This document shows positions 52,640 to 62,000 of a stretch of DNA of 62,000 bases, piece by piece. Both the position numbers and the translations under genes were made by a program. Source of the stretch: Lama guanicoe (Eukaryota); the NCBI GenBank assembly GCA_013239625.1, contig MU053823.1, positions 333,698-395,697 on the forward strand, in the 5' to 3' direction. Positions within the stretch are counted from its first letter, which is position 1. The number at the start of each line of letters is the position of its first letter. The notes beneath the pieces were generated by a model. It was not told the origin of the DNA. It saw nothing but the letters and a program-made list of their open reading frames with translations, and did not search any database.

Positions 52640-53290
52640 ATCTCAAAAGGAGGACTCTTGGGCACAAACATTTAACTAGGACACAGAAAGCACTAGTCAA
52701 AAAATAAAAAAATATAAACTTCACTTAATTAAAATTTAAAAATTTCACTGACCAGAAAATGCCATTAACAGAGTGAAAAAGGCAAGCCACAGAGAGTAGT
52801 CACAGTATATGTATCCAGGAAGACCTGTTCCCAGAATATAACACAAAACAGCAAAGTGAAAAGGAAAAGAGAGACATCTCTATCAAAAAATGAGCATAGG
52901 GAGGACGGGAAGATGGAGCAGTAGGAGCATTAAGGACTCTGTCTCACCACCCAGACAACAAGTGGACGATCGTCAGTCTGTTGAAGGACTGAAACTTCCA
53001 GGAAAAGACTGGGATGGTAAATGCAGTTAATTTGGGGCAATTTCAGCCCTTTTAAGAGTAAACTACTCATCCCTCACTCTTCAGCCACACTGTGCACTTG
53101 GTTCTGGAGCAGCTGACACTCCTTGCATGAGTTAGGGGGTGCTAAAAAGACCCAGCCCTCCAAATATCCAAGATCTCTGCTCTGACGGCTGGGGGCAGCC
53201 GAGTTGGGCAAAGCGGCTGAAGTTTTTATTGCACCATTCCCCTCATTGTTACAAGCTCCTCGCTTTCTAACATGTTGTGGCATGAACGGC
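52640..53290 (+). mobile_element. old L1 fragments (ORF2 piece followed by a 5'UTR piece)
   Basis: ttaattaaaatttaaaaatttc...aacagagtgaaaaaggcaagccacagag, then gggaagatggagcagtagga...aaagacccagccctccaaatatc. Confidence 0.65.
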
Positions 53291-55294
53291 TCTTAAGGAT
53301 AAAAGAAAAGATGTCAAAGGTCAAAAGGTGATGTTACAGAGACAGAAAAGCTGAAATAAGTAGGTTTTTTTTTGGGGGGGGGTCGCATTCAGTTTTGACA
53401 GATTGGCATGGAAACGATAGCTGAGAACAAAGTAAAGATGTCCAGTAGGTACCTGAGGAAAAAAAATCAAGCACAATCATTTTCAACCTATGAAGTTATT
53501 AAAAAATAGAGATGCTCACTCCCACCTCCGAAACCATCTAGTACTGTGTCTCTTTGACAGAAGCCAGGTCACATGAGAAACACAGACTCCTGGAAATGTG
53601 TACTTCAGTATTCCAACCTTTAAACACAGAAACATCGTAAACGGACTCTACTTCACTTAAAGAAAGAAACAAACAAACAAACAAACAAACAAACATATAC
53701 CAAAGCCTGTAGAAGTGATGTTTAGTGAGCAAATGTGTCATATTGCCTTTTAGGTCTCTTCTCACTCAGACTTCAAGAGAATGGGTCCTAACATAACAAA
53801 GTGTCTGAGTTTCTGGCTCCAATTTCAACCACAGTTATATGGACATTTACATTTCTAAAAAGTTGTAAAAGCATGTAACAGATACTGGATTTTAGATAAA
53901 AGATCTACCTTAATTTGATCAGGAGCTATCTGTCATTGGTGCAAGAGGGTTCAGTGACACTAATTTCCTTTCAAAATAATTTTACGTTTATTTGTGTGAT
54001 CACTGATTAATGTTGATATCTAATTCTACACACCATACCAATTAACTAATAAGCACATAGTAAGTACTCAAATAGTATTTAATGAGAGAATGAAACAGGC
54101 TCTACCCCAGATCTTTTGAATCTAGATAACTAAGTGTTGGACGTAGGGATATATAGTAAAAAAAAAAAACCCCCCCCACACACACACACACACAGAATTG
54201 GACTGAAAATAAAATGTGCATCTTCCTTATAAATGTACTAACTACATAAGCACTTCAAACAAAACAACTTAGAAACATTTCTAAAGCAGTTGTTCCTAAA
54301 GAAACAACTGCTGAAAGATACTGAGAATGGAATAAAAAATGTTGTAAGAGGGCAGAGAATAAAAAGTAATTGCTAAGATAATCTACTTACTTAAATCCAT
54401 TTTATCATATCATGCTATTAATCAGGCAAGATTCTAGATCTATTAACTAGCCCATCAGTGAAATAACCCTACAATAGTAGATCTGTACTTTGCATTATTA
54501 TTAATTCCCACAGGAACCACCTCTCCCCATTTTATTGATAAGAAAATTAAAATATGGGGCCTCACATGATTCCAGTCACAAAGCAAGTAAATGACCTAGA
54601 TGTATTTTAAGTATTTCTTATATCCTTACCCAATACTACCAATAAACTATGAAGTATTTTCTGAAAGTTAACTAAAAATGTCACTTTATGTCACCATATA
54701 ATGCTCCCTAACAGAAATGATCAATTTAGCTATAACAAGTCACAACTTTTCCAAAACAAAGATGTAAAAATTCCTGAAAATCAGTCCTGAAGAATTTCTA
54801 CACATCTCAAAAATATCTTCCACAGAATTACAAAAACAGTATGAACTATCGCCAATACAAGTCAAGTCATTAGGACACTTTAACTCATAAAACAACTTTA
54901 TACAGTATTTTACACTATACATACGAAGTATTTAAAAAGAAAGTAAGAACCACAATGGATTTGATTAGTTTACTAGCAAGACCCCTCCCCAATGTGGAAC
55001 AAATTCCCTTAGAAGCACCTTATAAACAAGGCATTTTAAAACTAGAAGACAATAAAAATGGAAGAAAACTAGTAAGTTATCTTTAATTTCTCTCCCAACT
55101 ATTTCCTAAATAATACGATAAGGGGTTTAATAAATACTGGCATTTCCATTTCTTCCATAAAACAGTCTAGATTTTTAATTAAATGACACGTAGTAATGAT
55201 AAGGCTATTAATAAAGGCCCTTATTATTTGTAAAACATGCAGATTCATCAAATTCTCAGTAAAAATCCAAAAATTTACTTAACTATAGCCTTAC

Positions 55295-55469
55295 CAAGGT
55301 TTCCTTGCTCAATTGTTAGCACCACCTCATCCATCACCACAGCTCGGAAGTCCAGTTCCTCCTCACAACATTTGGCCTTTAATGCTCGTAAGATCTCTTT
55401 CTGGGGATAGTCTTCCCTGATTCGACGATCTGTCAAAAACCACAACTTGGCAGCCACAGAGCTACACAT
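55295..55469 (-). CDS. RIMKLB: RIMKLB first coding exon (exon 2), coding part; whole exon probably 55295-55525 with 56 nt of 5'UTR
   Basis: ATG at 55469 in context atcaagATGt; translates [59 protein letters not shown], the known RIMKLB N-terminus. 175 coding nt; donor CTTG|gtaagg; acceptor tttcccatctag| ending at 55526. Confidence 0.97.
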
Positions 55470-56207
55470 CTTGATCTGTAGTCCTTCCTTTCCTGGGATT
55501 ATGTCCTCCTGAATGTAAACTCTATCTAGATGGGAAAGAAGATACATATACAATGTAAACTAAGAAATCTGCTCCGATTTTTTGCTTTTACACAAATAAA
55601 TGCTGTGATTATATACTAACTATAAAAAAATAGGGGGAAAAACTATATCCCCGTATCTTTCTGTTACTACAAACTTAAACAAATTATATATATTCATGTA
55701 TCTGTAGTTACTGTTCAATTTTCATCTCTTATTTCATACATGTATATTTTTATTATAAACATATTTATAGGTATGGTTAAAAATGAGATGGCAGCACCTA
55801 TATTACTGGATAAGCATCAACACTGAATCACTGACATAGCAACTTCAATCAAAATATTTTGAGAACGTGGAAAAAAACTTTAAATATCCAAAATAAATGC
55901 CAAAGTTCATCCACCAAAATTTGTTTATTTCAGTCAGGAGTCAGCACGCTCTTACTCAGTGTTTTTATTCTTTCTTTAAATAGAATTAAAAAAACACACA
56001 CACACAAACAGAGTGCTGCTTCTCAGTTTGTATCATGAGCAAGACAACTACTGAAAATCATTTTCATGAAAAGAAGCAAAAAATTACAGATTTTACTAAC
56101 AAGCATAATAGGTGATTTCAACAGGTTTGTCAGATGACATGGCAAACCTAACAAAAGGAAAGGACAAGGGCTAGGACTAGAGGAAGCAATGACCATACAG
56201 ATGGATG

Positions 56208-56358
56208 AGGGGGTAGGGTATAGCTCAGTGGGAGAGCGTGTCCCTCGCATGCATGAGGTCCTGGGTTCAATCCCCAATACCTCCCTTAAAAAGTATAAAT
56301 AAATAAATAAACCTAACTACCTCCCCACACCAAAAAAAATAATAATAAAATAAAAGAA
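56208..56358 (+). mobile_element. tRNA-derived SINE (Vic-1-like), RIMKLB intron 1
   Basis: gggtatagctcagtgggagagcg...gaggtcctgggttcaatcccc; TSD tacagatggatg at 56196-56207 and 56364-56375. Confidence 0.92.
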
Positions 56359-57709
56359 GGGTCTACAGATGGATGGCTTCCAGCACTGTAGCAGCTGGGT
56401 CTAGTCCCTCGTGCACAATTCACGTTCTTTACAACGTTCTTTACACGTCCTGCACCAGAAGAATAATAGGCCAGAACATCATGGGACAGAGGCACTACCA
56501 CACATGTACACAACAAACAAACACACACCACCCCCTCCCTCAAAGCTTTGGCTTATCCTGCCTACCATACTCACACACCTGCCCCAGGACCCACGGGCTC
56601 AAAGGCATCAGTCACTGGAAACCAGTGAAGGAATAAAGTAATGCGGAAGATATGTACAAGAAAGGGGCTTGGAGCTGTGGAAAAGCGGAGGGAGCTGCCC
56701 TCAATTGCGGTGATGCATTAGGCAAAGACCCAAGTAACCAGCAAAGCGGATGCCTGATGCCCAGAGCCTCCTGGCCCTGTGTGCCCTTGTTCCACAGCTG
56801 TGGTCAAGAACACACCCACTCAAGCTCTAGGCTAGGTATATTAATAACTCAATTTACCCACTAGGAACATGTGATGTGGCCTTAACAGGGCCTTCCAGGC
56901 CAATGGAAGAGGGTTTCACTCAGAGGGAAAAGCTCCACAAATCACACCAGAGTATCTAATGTAGAAATGCCCAGTTTCCCTTAAGGGCAACTATAAAAAT
57001 GCCCTTAAAACGTTTACAATAGGTAGGTTTTGAAACACCCTGTCACTGACCTCCAATACTGCAAAGCCATCTGTGCCTCCCCTGACACTTAGTTCTTGAC
57101 TACTGATAAACTGCTGAAGTAGCCTTTTTGAAATAAAGAGAAATTCAACAAAGAATTTAATTTTATATTAGAGATAGTCTTCCCATGTAAACTTTGAGAA
57201 ACACATCAATTTTTTTTAAAATGCCATCTCTGAATAGTCCAGGCATGGCTAATTAAATGAGAATCCCAAATAAAGTGCTTCACTCATTTTTCTTGTGAGG
57301 CCTCTTCCCAATGGTAATTATCACAGTAGGGAAAAAGCAAAATCACAATCTACCATCTGATGATACTAAGGGCATTTCTTACTACTAGAAAAATTCCTTA
57401 TTCTAGACAAGATATCACATATGAACTCAGAATCAAAAGACTGAAAAAGAATTAAATATTGGAGAAGACATAAAACCCCAGGGCTTCATTCTTAAGCCCT
57501 TCTCTCCTTTTTCTAGAAAAGTCATTCTTAGCCCGGTTTCAACTACTATCATTGACCTACTAAATGTATTTTTCCAACCAGGAGTTCTCAATTGAATATC
57601 AGATCCTAATTCAAGTACTAATGGGCTTCCCTAACTAAATGCCACTCACTATTGCCTCAGTTGAGCAAGTAAAATTTTCTCTTTTTACTTCAACACATAG
57701 ACCTTCCAC

Positions 57710-58070
57710 TGTGATGGTTAAATTTTATGTGTCAACTTACTAGGCAATGCTGCCCAATTGTTTGGTCAAACACTAGCCCACCAGTTACTGTGAAGGCATT
57801 CTGCAGATGTGATTACCATCTACAAATCAGGTAACTGAGTAAAGGAGATTATGTGGGTGGGTCTTCAATCAGTTGAAGGCCTAAAGAGCAAAAATTGAGC
57901 CTTCCCAGGGAAGGAAATCTGCACCAAAACCATTAGCATAGAGATCCTGCCTGAGTTTCCAGCCTCTTGGCCTGCCCCACAGATTTCAGAACTGCCAGTC
58001 CCACAATCACACTAGCCAATTCCTTGAAATTAATCTCTTCCCATCTCTCTCTTTTCTCTCTCTCTCTCAA
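57710..58070. mobile_element. MLT2-like ERVL LTR
   Basis: tgtgatggttaaattttatgtgtcaactt...tttggtcaaacactag...aatcagttgaaggcct...cagatttcaga...gccaattccttgaaattaatctct. Confidence 0.85.
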
Positions 58071-58136
58071 ACTCCCTCCGTCCCCATATATATATTCCAT
58101 ATATGTACACATATATATAAAATATATGTATATACA

Positions 58137-58350
58137 CAGTTGATCCTTCAACAACAAGGGATTGGGGTACCAACCTTCATGGCAGAGTAAATTTCCCATA
58201 AAATATAGCTGGCCTTCCACATCCAGGGTTCTCCATCCATGTATTCAATCAGCCACGGATCATGCAGTACTGCAGTACATATTTATGCAAAAAATTCTGC
58301 AGATCAGTGGACTTGCACAGTTCCAATGCAAGTTGTTCAAGGGTCAACTG
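58137..58350. mobile_element. Tigger-derived MITE (MER8-like)
   Basis: Terminal inverted repeats cagttgatccttcaacaac (58137-58155) and gttgttcaagggtcaactg (58332-58350); inserted in a TA/CA-rich tract. Confidence 0.85.
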
Positions 58351-58639
58351 TGTGTGAGTGTGAGATAGATAGAGAGATACATATGGTATTATGGGAAGAC
58401 AGATGCAATAGAAGCAATGTTTAAAGATGTTGAATGATTACATGCCTTATTAAATAAACCCAAATACTGGGTTAATTTACTGGTTATCGTAATATCCAAG
58501 GTTTAATTTAAATAGCTAATTTCCTGAACACTTTTATATATGCTATTTAAATTAAACCTCAGGTGTTACAGTAACCATTTTACAGATTGAGAAATGGAGG
58601 TGAAGAGAGTTAAGAAACTTACCTTAAAAAAATTTTTTT

Positions 58640-58750
58640 AAGAATATGAAAATGAATATATGCATATTCATGTATGATTAAAAACTTGTGCTGTACACCA
58701 GAAATTGACACAACATTGTAAACTGACTATAACTCAATATAAATAAAATT
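58640..58750 (+). mobile_element. short L1 3' end
   Basis: gaatatgaaaatgaatatatg...gtgctgtacaccagaaattgacacaacattgtaaactgactataactcaat; same family type as 24818-24944. Confidence 0.8.
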
Positions 58751-58993
58751 TTTTTTTAATTTTAATAATACTAAATAGCAAAATCTCTGGGTTTCAAGAG
58801 ATTTTCCCAACAGTCTCTTTCCAAATCACACTATGTCCCTATACTGACCTAACAATAAAATTGTACCTTTTAACATTTACTTTGTGATGCTTCAGGTTTT
58901 AACCAAGGATTTGTTTATCAAGGCTTTTCTCAACAAGTTCTAATTCTTCCCTGCTCCCCTCCTCAAAATCCAACACAACAAAACCAATTTGGA

Positions 58994-59150
58994 GGGGGGT
59001 GGAATATAGCTCAATTGCAGGCTGCGTGCTTAGCATGCACAAGGTCCTGGGTTCAATCCTCAGTACCTCTATAAAATAAATAAATTAAGTAAGTAAGTAA
59101 GTAAACAAACACAAACCTAATTACCTCCCTCCCCCAAAAAAGTTTTTTAA
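58994..59150 (+). mobile_element. tRNA-derived SINE (Vic-1-like), RIMKLB intron 1
   Basis: tatagctcaattgcagg...gcacaaggtcctgggttcaatcctcagtacctct, internal (aagt)n; TSD caatttgga at 58985-58993 and 59159-59167. Confidence 0.9.
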
Positions 59151-60484
59151 AAATCCCACAATTTGGAATATGTATGAAATTTTACCTTCTTTCCTCACCT
59201 TGCTCTATCCAATATCTCTACATGAGGTGGAGCAGATTACTGTTAGAAATGAGAAAGAATGGGAATAAGAGACAGAGAGTCAAAAGCATTAAGGAGGATG
59301 GGAGAAAGGGAGAAACAAACACCCCAAGGGAGCAGGGGAACGTGGTAATTTATTAAAGGTACAGAGAATGAATGATAAAATGGAAATCTCAGAAGTCTCA
59401 GAAACAACCAACTAATAGCATTAGTGTAGTTATCCCATTACCCACTATTAACATCCATCAATAAACGATCACAAAAGAAATGTCCCTTTGAAACTTAGGT
59501 AGTTCCTCTACAATCTCATCCTTTAGCTAAGATGCCACTTAAAATAATGTCACTGTTTAGGTGCCATTTTCTTTACCACATTAACTTGCAGACTGGAATC
59601 CTGTGAAAGCAGGAGCAGGAGGTTAGATATTAATCAAAGTTGAGTTTAAAGTGACAGAAAAATGTATGACAGTCCCTTCCTTATTCTTGAAAGAGTATAT
59701 CTCAAAAATGGAGCAAATATCTAATTTTCCAAAGTTTACATGACATATCCACTCATGCTCTCTTCTTATTCATAGCTCTTTCACCTGTGATATCCTTTTT
59801 TAAAAAAATACATGATTTTGGGTGAAAAATGAGAGGATAACAATTTTCCTATCCAAACTCAATGTGGTTCCTTTATCAAAAGACTGACAAAAAATAAAAG
59901 TAAAACATTGAGTGTTTACACACAAACAGAAAAGGCAATGAAGGTAAGGAAAAGACTACACTTCGGAATACATAAACAAGTGTCTATAAATTCCCCTTCT
60001 TCATACAAAAAACACATGCAGGACAAAGGCAAAACAAAGCATACAGGTGGGGTTAAAAACACCCTCCATTTATAATTCACAAAACACATTCCACATGTAT
60101 TTTCTCACCGAATCTACATGTAATTATGTGAGGAACACAGATATACCTTATTCCACTTTAAAGGAATGAACTGCCCAAGATACCACTTCACAATAATAGA
60201 TCAAGACTAGTATTCAAGTTTTCTGATTTCTTTATGCTCTTTTCTACTATACCTAAAGATATCAAAGAGAATTTGGATAAAGAAAATACATTCACACTTT
60301 GAGTGATTATATGTTCCAAATACTGCGTTAGAGAGGTTATTTGTATCTTCTCACAATCATCCCTGTGACACATTATTCTCTTCATCTGGCAAGTGAAGCT
60401 GTACTAGCAGAGGTCACTGACTGCCAAAATTCATACAATTAGAAAGTGGTAGAACCCAGAATCACTTCAAATTCCACACACTCT

Positions 60485-60945
60485 AGGGCAGACACTGCCA
60501 CTTGCCTCCCAATATCCGCTTTCTCCTTACTCCTCAGTAATAACATATCTGATAATTAGCTGAGCACAATGCCCTATCGCTAAGAGACTATTCCCTAGGC
60601 TTTCTTGGAACTTGATGAGTGAAAGTCAAAGACAGGCTGAGTGAAACTACTGCACTCCAGCTTTCAGGAAGCATACTAAAGATACGAACTCTTCCTTGGC
60701 ACTTCCTCCATCCTGCTACCTGGAATGTGGATGTCATGGCTACACCATCTGGACTAAGTACAGGATTCAGCCCTAGGAAAAGCACAGCCACAAGTTCTAA
60801 GAACTTGAATCTCTGATAATGGGGTACTGCCGTGGCCTAGGACTGCTTACTATCTCTTCTGCACCGGAAGAAACCATCTATCTTATGTAAGTGATATTTG
60901 GGGCATCTTTAATATGAGCCACTGAAACTTATCTTAACAAATACA
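60485..60945. mobile_element. MLT1-like LTR
   Basis: cttcctccatcctgctacctggaatgtggatgtcatggct...aaaccatctatcttatgtaag. Confidence 0.65.
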
Positions 60946-61329
60946 CTCTACCATACCATGCTCAAAGGTTATAGGAAATTATTCACTTGACATCAAGGTT
61001 TGCATGTTAGCAAATAGTGGTACTGTTTATAAGTGGGACTTTTTACACTACTAAGATCATCATTTTACATTTGATCATTTCACTTTTGCATTTTACATTG
61101 CAGAGATTTTCATAACATTCTGGAGAAGTATTTCTAAACCCTGTCCGCCAAAAAAAGTCAAAACAGATAAACTAAGAATCTAAGAGAAAACTAAGCATTC
61201 CATTAAGTAATACATTTAGTTAATATGGGAGTGCCTACTAGGCACTCTACCTAAAGACACCAAGGTAAACAAGAGAGATAGTCCCAGCCCTCACAGCTAA
61301 AATGATCTGATGTAACAATGTCTGAGTAA

Positions 61330-62000
61330 GGAAAGATGCTCAACATCACTAAGCACTAGGAAAACACAAATAAAAACATGAAATTACCTCACGCACAGGA
61401 TTGTTACTATCAAAAATTAAAAATTAAAAAAAAAACAGAACAAGTGCTGAATGTGGAAAAACTGGAAGCCTTGCAAACTGCTGGTGGGAATGTTAAATGG
61501 TGCAGCTGCTGTGGAAAACAGAATGGCAGTTCCTCAAAAAATTAAAAATAGAATCACCATATGATCCGGCAATTCCACTTTTAGGTATATATCCTAAAGA
61601 ACTGAAAGCTGAGTCTCAAAAAGGTATTTGTACACACATGTTCATTGCAGCATTATTCACAAAAGCTAAAAAATAGACACAGCCCAACTGTACACTGAGA
61701 GATGGATAAATACGCAAAATACAGTCTACACATACAATGACTTTAAAAGGAATTTGATTCTGGTAGACGCTTATGACGTGAATGAATCTTCAGGATATTA
61801 TGCTCCAGTCTCAAAAGTAGTCAAATTCAAAGAGACAAAAAGTAGAATGGTGGGTGTTAAGGGCAGGGAGTTCAGTTCTGCAAGATGAAAAAAAGAGTTC
61901 TGGTGAGGGATATGGTAATAGTTGCACAATATGAATGTACTTAATACCATTAACCTGTGAACTTAAAAATGGATAAAACAGTAAATCTTACGCCATCTGT
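61330..62000 (+). mobile_element. L1MB-like ORF2 end and 3'UTR
   Basis: aaagatgctcaacatcacta...ctgctggtgggaatgttaaatggtgcagctgctgtggaaaacag...catgttcattgcagcattattcaca. Confidence 0.9.

Noticed and set aside
55526..55553. N-terminal extension MYMYLLSHL from the ORF track
   Set aside because: It lies in the polypyrimidine tract and acceptor of intron 1, upstream of the exon boundary.
1..62000. CRISPR array, defence island, operon or other prokaryotic system; bacterial rimK/lysX
   Set aside because: The DNA is intron-containing mammalian sequence, I saw no regularly spaced direct repeats, and the RimK-like protein is the spliced vertebrate gene RIMKLB.
55526..62000. RIMKLB promoter or exon 1
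   Set aside because: No CpG island or convincing first exon in this stretch; it is presumably further upstream, outside the window.

Overview
Mammalian genomic DNA, very probably a camelid (camel/alpaca/vicuna), judged from about nine copies of a tRNA-derived SINE that match the camelid Vic-1 type. Two genes lie on the minus strand. (1) RIMKLB (ATP-grasp beta-citrylglutamate/NAAG synthetase): the whole coding region is present as five coding exons, 55469->34801, 1161 nt = 386 aa + stop, all introns GT-AG and phase 1. Its non-coding first exon and promoter lie beyond the right edge, and a long repeat-poor 3' region follows the stop. (2) A2ML1 (alpha-2-macroglobulin-like 1): the promoter and first four coding exons, 4886->3098, with an intact frame that runs off the left edge. 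The rest is typical eutherian repeat content: L1, L2, MIR, MaLR/MLT, an ERVL pol fossil, MER58, a Tigger MITE and microsatellites. Repeat family names and homology to human proteins are from memory, and repeat boundaries are approximate. I see no prokaryote-type system and no convincing novel protein gene. The best hypothesis-level lead is that RIMKLB exons 2-5 all have lengths divisible by 3, the 5'UTR part of exon 2 is stop-free in the coding frame, and oppositely oriented SINEs flank these exons, so back-spliced circles would carry an endless ORF. Secondary leads are a chain of splice sites in the RIMKLB 3' region and an epithelial enhancer-like motif cluster in A2ML1.
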